A stretch of DNA of 64,000 bases from Leptospiraceae bacterium (GCA_040217195.1 JAVJNR010000005.1:128001-192000), one strand, 5' to 3'; counted from the stretch's first letter, positions 9,032 through 18,968 are shown. Made by a program: numbers and translations. The notes: generated from the sequence alone by a model not told the origin.

Positions 9032-9829
9032 TTAGCGCTTCATCGAAATGGCTGTGCCCAACATAGAATCAGACGTCATTACGGCTCTAGAGTTCGACTC
9101 ATAAGCCCGTTGAGCCACGATCATATTCACCATTTCTTCCACGAGCTTCACATTGGACATTTCCAGAAAGCCCTGCAAGATGGAACCCATACCATCCAGT
9201 CCCGGAGTTCCCTGGATTTCCGGTCCTGAGGCCACGGTTTCCTTGAACAGGTTTTGGCCTATGGCCTGCAACCCCGCCGGATTCACGAATCGATATAGAT
9301 CAATCTGACCGATTCTGGTGGGACGAATTTCATCTCCCACCTTTACTGTAACCTCTCCGTTCTCGCTTATTTGCAGAGAATTATTGATAGCACCGGGGGG
9401 CAGCGTAATCGGTGGTTCCAGTAGGTACCCGTTGGAGGTTACAATTTGCTGATTGGAATCAATCTTGAAGGATCCATCCCTGGAATAAGCGAAGCTACCA
9501 TCTGGCATCAAGATCTTAAAGAATCCCACTTCAGAGGTAATGGCCATGTCGAATTTATTGCCTGTGGACTGCAGGCTTCCCATTTCAAATAGCTTCTGGG
9601 TGGCTGCTACTCTAGTTCCATGTCCCACATAAACGCCGGTGGGGATTTCGCTCACGGCAGTGGCCGGAGTGCCCGCAAGGACCTGTTGCTGATACACCAG
9701 ATCCTGAAAATCGGCCCGATTCTTCTTAAAGCCTGTGGTGTTCACATTGGACAGGTTATTGGAAATCGTGTCCATGTGATACTGCTGGGCAATCATGCCC
9801 GTGGCGGCGGTCCAGAGAGATCTTAACAT
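9032..9829 (-). CDS. flgG: Flagellar distal basal-body rod protein
   Basis: MLRSLWTAATGM, ISNNLSNVNTTGFK and LEMSNVKLVEEMVNMIVAQRAYESNS. Confidence 0.97.
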   Translation of the reverse strand: MLRSLWTAATGMIAQQYHMDTISNNLSNVNTTGFKKNRADFQDLVYQQQVLAGTPATAVSEIPTGVYVGHGTRVAATQKLFEMGSLQSTGNKFDMAITSEVGFFKILMPDGSFAYSRDGSFKIDSNQQIVTSNGYLLEPPITLPPGAINNSLQISENGEVTVKVGDEIRPTRIGQIDLYRFVNPAGLQAIGQNLFKETVASGPEIQGTPGLDGMGSILQGFLEMSNVKLVEEMVNMIVAQRAYESNSRAVMTSDSMLGTAISMKR

Positions 9830-9836
9830 ATCATCA

Positions 9837-9863
9837 GCATCGGCCTTATTTACAGAAAAATTA
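9837..9863 (-). promoter_or_regulatory. Sigma-28 (FliA)-type promoter of flgG
   Basis: Minus strand TAAT-N15-GCCGATGC versus consensus TAAA-N15-GCCGATAA; 7 nt before ATG. Confidence 0.6.
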
Positions 9864-9936
9864 GAATAAAGAGATAGTCGCTGGAGACATATTTCTCTGA
9901 TTCAGACTTCAGACTTCAGGCCCCAGGGCTCGGGGA

Positions 9937-11286
9937 TCAGACTTCTTTGCGAATTACGAGACAGCGATTCGTATTTGTTCCCCGGGAGTTGTTGGTCACT
10001 TTCCAGCAATTTGCCAGCTTGGTGAATTCCTGCTGATTGATGCAAATTTCCCGGGCAACCACTCGCCCGCCACCCTGCACTTCTAGAGGAAGCATTTCTG
10101 CCATTTCTCTTTCCAGAAGGATCAACTCATTTCCAGAGATCACTTCACCCACTTCAATAATTGCATGGCCGCCTGGTTTTAGCACTCGTCCAAATTCCCG
10201 GATAGCCTCTCGCATAAAGTCCTTCCATTGCTCCAATCGTGCAAATACGGCAAGGGGAAGCTCATCCATTTTATCTTCTACGCCCAGAAACCAGGCCCGC
10301 ATCCAGTTATCCTTCTTATAGTCTACTTTATCCAGAAATGGAGGAGATGTAACAATTAGATCTACGCAAGAGGTTTCCACTCCATCCAGGTTGCGAGCAT
10401 CGCAAGACAGATAACGATTCATGGATGCAGCGCTATTAAATGAAGGATGCAATGGGGCAACCAGATCCCTCTTCATCTTCTTATGAATCCTTTCTTTGAT
10501 TGCTTTGTATTCAGGAGTCAGTCCCCTTTTTCGATTATTCTTTCTTTGAGCATCCGGCATGATGGAAATCTGGGGAAAGGAATAGACCGAGAAGAATCCA
10601 TCCGAGTGACCGTGTAGCCGGGAAAGAGCGGTCAATGCAATATAAGATAGTGCGCTGTCTTCTGGATCATTCAGATGCAATTGCCTCAGGTTATGAATCT
10701 CATGAATGGTTTTTTCATGAAAGAATGGCTCCAGACGAAGAAAGTCTCCATCCGTTACATTACTCTTCTTCGAAGAAAGCTCGATAGAATCAAGCCTCTG
10801 TTGCAGTTCTGACAGTTCTGGAATTCTTCGACGGGCCCGTCCTAGAAAGCTGGCTATGGGACTGAGATCATTGTGAATCCCGGAGAATCCGTTTAAATTA
10901 GATTGTATTGTGGTTGTACCCCGTCCGCCAAATGGATCCAGAATCAGAGCCTCTTGCTTATCGCCTAGAAAACGTTTAATGAAATAATCCGGTAGCTCCG
11001 GTTTGAAACTGGCCCGGTAGCTTACTGTATAATGGATAGGATGCATCTGCCGCTGCCTGGAAGTCCATAATTCTCCCACCGTTTCCGGAACATCCGATGC
11101 CTTGTATCGATTGTCTGAAAGCGGGCGAACTTTACTATCTGGCAGAATACTGCGCTGGCCCACAGCAGCAGCGGCGCTAACTTTTGATACGGACCGAGGG
11201 GTATTTCCTGAAGCGGACCGAATCTTCTTTCCTGGCTGTTTAGATACGACTGACCTTTCTGCCTCTCTGGCTGTAGTTGCTCCCAA
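9937..11286 (-). CDS. Orphan DNA amino-methyltransferase (N4-C/N6-A family)
   Basis: SAM-binding LDPFGGRGTT precedes catalytic IVTSPPF; RVLKPGG; Shine-Dalgarno before TTG. Confidence 0.85.
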   Translation of the reverse strand: MGATTAREAERSVVSKQPGKKIRSASGNTPRSVSKVSAAAAVGQRSILPDSKVRPLSDNRYKASDVPETVGELWTSRQRQMHPIHYTVSYRASFKPELPDYFIKRFLGDKQEALILDPFGGRGTTTIQSNLNGFSGIHNDLSPIASFLGRARRRIPELSELQQRLDSIELSSKKSNVTDGDFLRLEPFFHEKTIHEIHNLRQLHLNDPEDSALSYIALTALSRLHGHSDGFFSVYSFPQISIMPDAQRKNNRKRGLTPEYKAIKERIHKKMKRDLVAPLHPSFNSAASMNRYLSCDARNLDGVETSCVDLIVTSPPFLDKVDYKKDNWMRAWFLGVEDKMDELPLAVFARLEQWKDFMREAIREFGRVLKPGGHAIIEVGEVISGNELILLEREMAEMLPLEVQGGGRVVAREICINQQEFTKLANCWKVTNNSRGTNTNRCLVIRKEV

Positions 11287-11546
11287 TGCTTTCCCCTTCC
11301 GGAGACCGGATCCCGGCTCCCTTATCTAAATGCGAAGACCTTGCAATCCCGGGCAGACACCTGGATTGCTGATCGGGACTTCTGTGTATGAATCGGATCG
11401 GAAGGCAAATCCCGGCTCAAATTTTCCGCCTGCCGGCCTGGAAGGGGTGGCCTGAGCGGGCCCCATCTATTTTTTTGTTTTCACAGGGCTTGCCGGATGA
11501 GGCAGCTCAATACTATCAGACCGCAACAGGGAGGAATCAGTTATAT

Positions 11547-11768
11547 ATGGAGAAGAAGATTGTATTTGTGGATAAAGATGAATGCACCTCCTGTAATCAG
11601 TGCGCAGACAATCTTCCGGTGTATTTTCAAATGGATGATGATGATCTCTCAGAATCTCACAACAATGGAAATAACATTAATGATGCACAGATCCCGGAAA
11701 AGGACTGGGATAATGTTCAAAATGAAATCGATGAATGTCCCGGCGAATGTATTCACTGGAAAAAATAG
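11547..11768 (+). CDS. Single-cluster ferredoxin
   Basis: CTSCNQC plus CPGECI; strong GGGAGG Shine-Dalgarno; acidic. Confidence 0.9.
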   Translation: MEKKIVFVDKDECTSCNQCADNLPVYFQMDDDDLSESHNNGNNINDAQIPEKDWDNVQNEIDECPGECIHWKK

Positions 11769-11886
11769 ACTCTAACTACCAGCCTGGCAAAGCAGTGTTT
11801 TCTACATCCCGATTCCTGGAACAGCGCCTGCATTGGCTCTAACTTTCATTTTTCCTGCCTTTCCTAAAAAAGTTCTACATCAAATT

Positions 11887-11935
11887 TGAGTAAGCCTCCG
11901 ATCAATAAAGCGAGGAAGACACGGAGGGTTACTCA
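11887..11935 (+). promoter_or_regulatory. Inverted repeat covering the flaB Shine-Dalgarno, overlapping a sigma-28-like -10 (TCCGATCA)
   Basis: TGAGTAAGCCTCCG (11887-11900) and CGGAGGGTTACTCA (11922-11935) are 13/14 complementary. Confidence 0.6.
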
Positions 11936-12783
11936 TGATTATCAACCACAATATCAGTGCCGTTAATTCGCACCGCACACTGAAATTTCATGACTGGGAT
12001 TTATCCAGGGACATTGAAAAGCTTTCTTCAGGTATGCGGATTAATCGCGCTGGAGATGACGCGGCTGGACTGGCTGTATCTGAAAAGATGAGAACACAGG
12101 TTCAGGGACTGCGTCAGGCAGAAAGAAATGCCGAAGACGGTATCTCTTTCATTCAAACCACGGAAGGTTACTTGCAGGAAACGGCATCCATCATTCAAAG
12201 AATTCGAGTGCTGGCTGTACAATCTGCTAACGGCATTTATTCCGCAGAAGACCGCCAGCAAATCCAGGTAGAGGTTTCTCAGCTAATTGATGAAATCGAT
12301 CGAATCGCATCTCAAGCAGAATTCAATAAAATGAAAATGCTTACAGGTTCCTTCGCTCGGCTGAACCCCACTGCCTCCATGTGGTTCCACATTGGTCCCA
12401 ATATGCACCAGCGCGAGCGAGTGTATGTGAATACCATGACCACTGCAGCGCTGGGTCTGAGAAATCCGACAGTACTGACCTTTATCTCAATCAGTACTCC
12501 AGGCAAAGCCAACTCGGTGATTGGAATGGCCGATGAAGCTCTAAAGCGTATCTCCAAGCAGCGAGCTGACCTGGGTGCATACCAGAATCGACTGGAACAT
12601 GCAGCCAAGGGACTGATGAACGCTTACGAGAATATTCAGGCCTCGGAATCTCGCATTCGAGATACCGACATGGCCGAGAGAATGATTAGCTTTACCAGAT
12701 ACCAGGTTCTGACCCAGGCCGCCACAGCCATGCTGGCCCAGGCAAATCAGAAGCCTCAAACGGTAATGCAGCTACTCCGATAA
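11935..12783 (+). CDS. flaB: Periplasmic flagellar filament core flagellin (FlaB family)
   Basis: [45 protein letters not shown]; 282 aa, spirochete FlaB size. Confidence 0.97.
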   Translation: MIINHNISAVNSHRTLKFHDWDLSRDIEKLSSGMRINRAGDDAAGLAVSEKMRTQVQGLRQAERNAEDGISFIQTTEGYLQETASIIQRIRVLAVQSANGIYSAEDRQQIQVEVSQLIDEIDRIASQAEFNKMKMLTGSFARLNPTASMWFHIGPNMHQRERVYVNTMTTAALGLRNPTVLTFISISTPGKANSVIGMADEALKRISKQRADLGAYQNRLEHAAKGLMNAYENIQASESRIRDTDMAERMISFTRYQVLTQAATAMLAQANQKPQTVMQLLR

Positions 12784-12788
12784 TCTCC

Positions 12789-14072
12789 TCAACCTGAAAA
12801 AAGCACAGACTGGCCGGTGTAGAATAGCCCTGCTACTGCACCGGTCATCAGGCAGGCCAGGTTGGCCGATATTAGAGCGCGCACAGCAACAGAAGCTACT
12901 TCTTTTGTTTTCTCAGGTACAATGGCTGTAATGCCGCCAGCGAAAATCGCCAGGGATGCAAAATGTGCAAACCCACAAAGCGCATAGCTGACGATGATTC
13001 CGCTTCGTTTATCCAGAGTGCCTTCAGCCAGAGCATTGGATAGATGCTGATAGGAGGCTACCTCCGTGACAATGATCCTCTCCCCTACTATACGCCCGGC
13101 TTCAAGAGCCTGTTCCGGATAGATACCCATCATCAAAGCAAAAGGATAGAATACATATCCAAGCAGATCTTCCAGGCTAACTACCGTGCTGCCATCGCTT
13201 AGCCATCCAGAGATGCTTTTTAGCATCAAATTTACCAGCTCCACAAGGCCCAGCACTGCAAGAAGCAAAGCCACAATTCCCAGGATCAGTTTCATTCCGC
13301 TGTTCGAACCACCAATGATTGCCTCAATCAAGGAATCTTCTTTCTCATAATGGGGATGAACATTCATTCCAAGGGTTTCTGGCTGTTCCCTTTCTGGAAC
13401 CAGGATCTTGGAGAAAATGATGGCAGCCGGAGCGCTGATCAAGCTTGCAGATACTAGATGGCCTGCAATTTCCTGAAATTGTCCCTGCAAAGTCAATACA
13501 TAGAGAGCCAGAACGTTGGATGCTACGGTGGCCATACCCGCTGTCAGAACAGTATGCAATTCGCTTCGGGTCATCTTCTGCAGATGGGGTTTAACGGTCA
13601 GAACAGATTCGATTCCTACAAAGATATTGCTGGCTGTAGTCAGTGACTCGGCGCCGGATGTGCGAAATAGCTTTGTAAAGACTCGTGCAAACATTCGCAC
13701 AAGAAAGGACATGATACCAAAATAGTACAGAACGGAGATAAGAGCAGAAAAGAATACAATAGTGGGCAGGGCCTGAAACATTAGAATGAAACCCAGGCTG
13801 CCTTCCTCCCCCGGCCCAAGAGCCAGAGGGCCAAACAGGAACCTGGCACCGGCTGCAGCCGCATTGACCAGGGCCAGCACTCCGCCGTTGATCCATTGAA
13901 ATACAGTAGTTCCGCCAAAGGGCGAAAAAAGAAAACCTGCAATAAGGAATGCCAGAATCAGGCCCGCCAGAACCGGCTTCCATCGTAATGCTTTCCTGTT
14001 TTCTGAGATTAAATAGGCAATGGCAATTAAGCCAAAAATGCCCAGCAAACTGATTCCATTATACCAACTCAT
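12789..14072 (-). CDS. nupC: Concentrative nucleoside transporter (NupC/CNT family)
   Basis: ALPTIVFFSALISVLYY, ASNIFVG, MATVAS and SYALCGFAHFAS motifs; ATG at 14072. Confidence 0.9.
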   Translation of the reverse strand: MSWYNGISLLGIFGLIAIAYLISENRKALRWKPVLAGLILAFLIAGFLFSPFGGTTVFQWINGGVLALVNAAAAGARFLFGPLALGPGEEGSLGFILMFQALPTIVFFSALISVLYYFGIMSFLVRMFARVFTKLFRTSGAESLTTASNIFVGIESVLTVKPHLQKMTRSELHTVLTAGMATVASNVLALYVLTLQGQFQEIAGHLVSASLISAPAAIIFSKILVPEREQPETLGMNVHPHYEKEDSLIEAIIGGSNSGMKLILGIVALLLAVLGLVELVNLMLKSISGWLSDGSTVVSLEDLLGYVFYPFALMMGIYPEQALEAGRIVGERIIVTEVASYQHLSNALAEGTLDKRSGIIVSYALCGFAHFASLAIFAGGITAIVPEKTKEVASVAVRALISANLACLMTGAVAGLFYTGQSVLFSG

Positions 14073-14223
14073 CCGGTTACTGCTCCGGATTGAGGCCTTA
14101 CAGGCAATGAAATTTCCCGGCTTCCAGTAAGGTTCCCAAATCAGTCCGGAAAAGTGTAGCTTGAGCAAAAGGCGATACCGATTTCTATTGCTCAAAAAGG
14201 CATTACCCGTATAGTTTGCCCGG

Positions 14224-16344
14224 ATGGAGCGTCCGAACCATTACTCTGATCGTGCCATTCTATTATTTAGCGCGGGACTGGCCTGTATTCTGGGTCTGGC
14301 CTGGCTTACTGAGACTTTCTTCTTTTCCATCTATCAATTTCAAGACTGGGATCGGGCGGGCAACCGGATGTCCCGATATTTCATGGAAAGCGGGTACGGT
14401 CTTCGCCCGCTCGGTATATTGCTTCTATATTGTGGCTTGCTCACCCTGCTCGGTAACGTACTGAATTACTTTCATCTACCCAGGCTCTTTCTGGGCCTGG
14501 GGGCTGGAATCAACTCCCTGTTGATTCTCTGGCCTTTGATTCGAGTAGTTGTTTACTATTATATGCGGCTGGAAGTAACCATGGATCTGGCGCTCTACGG
14601 ACTAACCGAGATCCGGGGATTGATCTTTGCCACAGCTCCAGATGCGCTCAGTATAGATTTCACCCTTCCAGGGGTTTTTCTACTATTCTGGATACTGAGC
14701 GCTGGCTGGGCCTATACATTTCATCGCTGGCTCCGGGCTCCTCTTTCGCCCGAGCCCTATAAACTCAAACCAGTTGGGGCCTCCATTGGATTGCTAATCC
14801 TGCTGTCCGGACCTTTGATGGCCTTTGTAGCTCCCACTCAAGACCATCAGAGGGTGGCCAACCCAGATGAGGGGCAAAAGCAGCCTGCAAGCGGTAATTC
14901 TCCCTTCCCTCTGGAGGAGCAACTGGAACTAAAACAACATCCACATCAGAATTTCTTCGCAGAGAGATTCGGATTCAATCTACCGGCCAATACAAATGTT
15001 GTTATCATTATCCTGGAAAGTGCCAGAGAGGAATTTGTGGATCTGGAACGATCCAAATTCTTCGCTCCGAATCTAAGAGAAACTATAGTTGCGAAGCATT
15101 TCTTTGTGCCGGTGCCTCACAGCTCCAACTCTCATTACTCCATGTACACAGGGATGCACAGCGGTCGGGACTTTAATGAACTGTATGGTCAATTACAGCC
15201 TGGTACTACAATGCCGGTTTTGCTGCAGAAACTGGGATACAAGAATCACTATGTGTATACAGACAGCACTGCCTTCGAATCAGAAATTATAATGCTACGC
15301 AAGCTAAATATGAGCATTATCGAAAAGGCAGACTTCATGAAGCGAAAGAATCCGGAAACTGGCGAACCATATGCCAGTTTTCAATTCGGTCTGGATGATG
15401 TTGCCCTGGTTCATGAAACCCAGAATATCCTGGATAGTGTTCAGGAACCATTCACCATGACTGCGGTGATGACCAATTCGCATTATCCGTATCATAATCC
15501 CCATCCAGATCAATTCAATCGGTTCGATAACACGAAGATTCGCGGCCGGCATCGAAATGGAGTCGATTATGGTCTGCACATTGCAGATCGCATTGTAGAG
15601 GAATTCCAGAAAAGGGATATGGCAGAACGAACATTGTTTATCCTTATCTCAGATCATGGAGAGAGCTTTGGCGAACGCGGGGCCCACGGACATAGCTTCA
15701 GTATTTACAATGAGGAGGTACGGGTACCCCTGGTCTTTCGACATCATCAGTTTCACCGAGTCTGGCAGGAAGATCCATTGCCCCGAGCCACAATGCTGGA
15801 TCTATTTCCCACAATTTTCGATATGCTAGGTTTATCCTACGATGGCACACGACATGGACGTAGCGCCTTTGATCCGAACTATCAATTCCATCTTCCTCTC
15901 TGGGTCTGGAGAGTAGATGACTTTCGCGGTTATATTCTGGGCGATACGAAATGGATCTACTCGGACCCGGAACAGACTATATACAGATTGGATCTCCATG
16001 ATCAGATTCAGGCTGCATGGAGCGATGATCGCATGGATGGACATGCAGAGAAGTTTGTGGAAACTCTACAGGCTCTGGATATGGGACTTGCCCCAGGCAA
16101 GGTTGGAGTTGCAGGACAAATATTATCTCCTCCCCTTCGCATGGGACCCTTTGCCACGGGCGCCAGTTTCCATGGCGGCGGAGGCAAGTTGTATACGGAC
16201 TGTGATCAGCTACCGCCTCATATTGAATGTGCACTTCCGGATGAATCTGTGGAACTCAGGGGAGATCCGCAACGCCGGGTACCTTTTATAAATGCCCAGG
16301 GCGAAGAGGTGCTGGTCCATTGTCCATTCTGTGTTGGACCCTAG
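14224..16344 (+). CDS. Membrane-anchored sulfatase-like (LTA synthase/alkaline phosphatase superfamily) protein
   Basis: About 5 N-terminal TM helices; NVVIIILES, SHYPY, ISDHGESFGERG.HGH and EEVRVPL. Confidence 0.85.
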   Translation: MERPNHYSDRAILLFSAGLACILGLAWLTETFFFSIYQFQDWDRAGNRMSRYFMESGYGLRPLGILLLYCGLLTLLGNVLNYFHLPRLFLGLGAGINSLLILWPLIRVVVYYYMRLEVTMDLALYGLTEIRGLIFATAPDALSIDFTLPGVFLLFWILSAGWAYTFHRWLRAPLSPEPYKLKPVGASIGLLILLSGPLMAFVAPTQDHQRVANPDEGQKQPASGNSPFPLEEQLELKQHPHQNFFAERFGFNLPANTNVVIIILESAREEFVDLERSKFFAPNLRETIVAKHFFVPVPHSSNSHYSMYTGMHSGRDFNELYGQLQPGTTMPVLLQKLGYKNHYVYTDSTAFESEIIMLRKLNMSIIEKADFMKRKNPETGEPYASFQFGLDDVALVHETQNILDSVQEPFTMTAVMTNSHYPYHNPHPDQFNRFDNTKIRGRHRNGVDYGLHIADRIVEEFQKRDMAERTLFILISDHGESFGERGAHGHSFSIYNEEVRVPLVFRHHQFHRVWQEDPLPRATMLDLFPTIFDMLGLSYDGTRHGRSAFDPNYQFHLPLWVWRVDDFRGYILGDTKWIYSDPEQTIYRLDLHDQIQAAWSDDRMDGHAEKFVETLQALDMGLAPGKVGVAGQILSPPLRMGPFATGASFHGGGGKLYTDCDQLPPHIECALPDESVELRGDPQRRVPFINAQGEEVLVHCPFCVGP

Positions 16345-16453
16345 TACATAAAATGATGCAACCTGGACTTAATATCCAAGATTGGAATCCAGGATTCAAT
16401 CGGCATGAATCGCAGTAAGGAAAGCCAACTTTACTGCACAAGGAAAAACGAAT

Positions 16454-16834
16454 ATGCTAAAGAAATCTATCAATCTAATCATCTTACTGGCTCTGACCAT
16501 CCTGGTGCAGAGCCTACCGTCAAAGCTGCAGGCAGCCTCGGCCATTGCATACAGTCCTCAGGCCTACGGATACAGCTTCAACGTGGCAACGGTGGAAGAA
16601 GCAGAACGCCTGGCCATTGAAATGGCCAAAAAGCATGGTGGTATCGATGTGAAGATACTGGTATCCACAGACAAACATGGATACGGAGCCATCGCTGCTG
16701 ACGGAAATTTGCTGGTGGGTGTGGTAGGCTATCCGGACCTTCGCAGCGCAACTCAAAAGACTATCAGCGAATGCGTAAGAAAAGGGTGCAAGCAACCAAG
16801 ACTAATCGCTACCTGGTACGATCGGGGTTACTAA
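16454..16834 (+). CDS. Small secreted protein, DUF4189-like
   Basis: Signal peptide; repeated AIAYS...YGYS / YGAIA...; EAERLA; C..C pair. Confidence 0.65.
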   Translation: MLKKSINLIILLALTILVQSLPSKLQAASAIAYSPQAYGYSFNVATVEEAERLAIEMAKKHGGIDVKILVSTDKHGYGAIAADGNLLVGVVGYPDLRSATQKTISECVRKGCKQPRLIATWYDRGY

Positions 16835-16838
16835 TAGT

Positions 16839-17774
16839 TTATCTTTCCGCTGAATTGGATCGGGTATCCGGTATTTGCAGGTCGGCCATCACTCCATAAT
16901 GGTCCGATGGAGGGATCTCTTTCCCTCTATACTTCAATACTTTTTCCGTTCCAAGCAAAACCACATTCTGAAGTTTCCAGGAGTCTTCAAACAGAAATAT
17001 ATAATCCAGGCGCCTGCTTTCCTCTCCTTCGAAGCGAAACATCAAGGAAAGCGGGTTTTCCTCCTGATTCCAGGTCAGACCCGGATGCTGTCCATGCATT
17101 TCCCTCCATAAATCCCTGTGGCCCCTGGGAATGGAGCGGCGCTCCGGTTCTGCTTTTGCTTCATCGCCAAAGTTGAAATCCCCCAGCATGATTGCAGGTT
17201 CCTTGATTAAGGGTGAGATACTTCGAATCTGTCTGGCGCGAATCGGGCCATCATTCAAATAGCTTTCCAGATGTAGATTCACTAGAGAGAAGGTACGGGA
17301 GTTTCCAGGACGGTTCTGGCCACCGCTTTCTATGCGAAACTCAACTCTCTGAGCATACCTTCCCATTCGCCCGGGCAAACGATAGTACCGACTGGAAACC
17401 ACCGGCAAGCGGCTGGCCACTACCATCCTCCCCTTTATCCAGGCTGCCTTTCCAGGAATCAGTCGATAGGTTTCTGAAAACTGGGTATCGCTCTTTAGAA
17501 GTGCATAGTACTCGGGAGTCATCTCCTGAAATGCGATCACATCTGCGTTGGAGGAGACCAGAATCTGACTTACCGCCCTGGCCCGTTCAGTTCTAAGGAA
17601 TTCCCGGAGCGAAACATTATAGGTAATGATCCGAAGGGAGGGCCCCTCTTCACCTGGATCGGAAATGGCCGGTGGTTCATTTCCTTTTAAATCCTCTGCA
17701 GACGGACCGGCACAGCCGGTTATCAGAACAACGATCAGGACGCAGCAGAGATTGTAGAATCGTCCAAAAGTCAT
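16839..17774 (-). CDS. Endonuclease/exonuclease/phosphatase family lipoprotein
   Basis: Lipobox LITGC; ITYNV, FQE, NLHLES, LGDFN, RLDYIF and PSDHYGV. Confidence 0.9.
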   Translation of the reverse strand: MTFGRFYNLCCVLIVVLITGCAGPSAEDLKGNEPPAISDPGEEGPSLRIITYNVSLREFLRTERARAVSQILVSSNADVIAFQEMTPEYYALLKSDTQFSETYRLIPGKAAWIKGRMVVASRLPVVSSRYYRLPGRMGRYAQRVEFRIESGGQNRPGNSRTFSLVNLHLESYLNDGPIRARQIRSISPLIKEPAIMLGDFNFGDEAKAEPERRSIPRGHRDLWREMHGQHPGLTWNQEENPLSLMFRFEGEESRRLDYIFLFEDSWKLQNVVLLGTEKVLKYRGKEIPPSDHYGVMADLQIPDTRSNSAER

Positions 17775-17903
17775 AAGCAGAATGCCTCCGGATAGATCTA
17801 AGGTCGGAACATTAGTGGCAACCGTTTATTGGACCGGTGCTGCTCCGGGTTCGGGTCGCTTTTTTTGTAGAAGAGAGGCGGGCCCTCTGCTCCTCTGGAT
17901 GAA

Positions 17904-18968
17904 ATGTCGGAGGATGTAAGAAAAGTCAACGACCCGGAACAGCTACGACAGATCTGTGCAAAGATTTTCACCCGACTGCCGGTTCGGATAAAGGACGGAA
18001 ACCAGGTGGAATCTGTTCGGGTTAGAAACTATGAAGCTCCGCTTCTAACGGTGGAGCACAATCGGCCGGATGCAGAAATCAGAATCTTAATAGTAAATCA
18101 TGATCAGCATCTTATGCTCCTTGAATGCAGGGTGCAGGAAAGACTTGAGCCCGGTAAGGAGAAGCTTCATCCTGTCCGACTTCATCTAAAAAGAAAGATC
18201 CGAAAACAAAAACGAGTGAGTCTGGCTTCTGATTCGGGCAAACTGGTTGTGGATGATCTAATAACGCTTAGATCTATTCCGGAGGGGCTTTCCAGAGTTG
18301 ATGAGAAAACGGATTCTCCCTTCAAAGAGGCGCTGGCCCAGCTAAAGACCATTCAATCCATTGCAAGGTTAACGGTGCGTAAATCCTTCAGACTGGATAA
18401 TCGGATGCGTGCGATGATGGCCCGAAACGTTCCAATATTTATTCCAGATCGAACCAGCGGCAAGGTTCCCGGTTTTCCTGTCATTACTATGGAAGAGTAC
18501 AGGAAGATTCTGAACTACGAGCCTCATCCAGATCAAATCCTTAGCGAAGTCTCCATTCCAGTCAGGTTCAAGGGCCTGTACTTGATGGGCGTTGCCACAA
18601 TTATCTCTTCAGAGCCCATGACAGATCATCATTACGAAGCTGTAGAAGAAATTGTGAAAAGCCTGGAAAAGGAAATTCTGGATAGGCACATAGTTCCTTC
18701 CAATCCGGAGCATTGTCCGGTGGTGGACATTAACAGTGGTGGTGCTGGTATACTACATCCTCACAATCCGCATGTGATGCGCGGTTTTTTGCCAGGCGAA
18801 GAGGTTACCTTTGATCTACATTTTCCCGGTGAGAAAGCCTATGCAGTTCAGGGTAGTATTCGAAATATAAAAAGTCTGGAACGTGCGCACCGTATTGGTC
18901 TGGAATTTGAAGACCTGCCCGGTGAGGTTCAGTCCGAACTGGAAGAATTCCTGCGTCAGGTCCAGTAG
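17904..18968 (+). CDS. PilZ-domain protein (DUF1577-like)
   Basis: RKQKR (RxxxR), VDINSGGAG and C-terminal RIGLEF. Confidence 0.7.
   Translation: MSEDVRKVNDPEQLRQICAKIFTRLPVRIKDGNQVESVRVRNYEAPLLTVEHNRPDAEIRILIVNHDQHLMLLECRVQERLEPGKEKLHPVRLHLKRKIRKQKRVSLASDSGKLVVDDLITLRSIPEGLSRVDEKTDSPFKEALAQLKTIQSIARLTVRKSFRLDNRMRAMMARNVPIFIPDRTSGKVPGFPVITMEEYRKILNYEPHPDQILSEVSIPVRFKGLYLMGVATIISSEPMTDHHYEAVEEIVKSLEKEILDRHIVPSNPEHCPVVDINSGGAGILHPHNPHVMRGFLPGEEVTFDLHFPGEKAYAVQGSIRNIKSLERAHRIGLEFEDLPGEVQSELEEFLRQVQ

Noticed and set aside
9937..11286. Restriction-modification or defence island
   Set aside because: No nuclease, specificity subunit or mobility gene flanks the methyltransferase
11340..11480. Riboswitch upstream of ferredoxin
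   Set aside because: A GC hairpin and T-run are present, but I could not match any aptamer consensus
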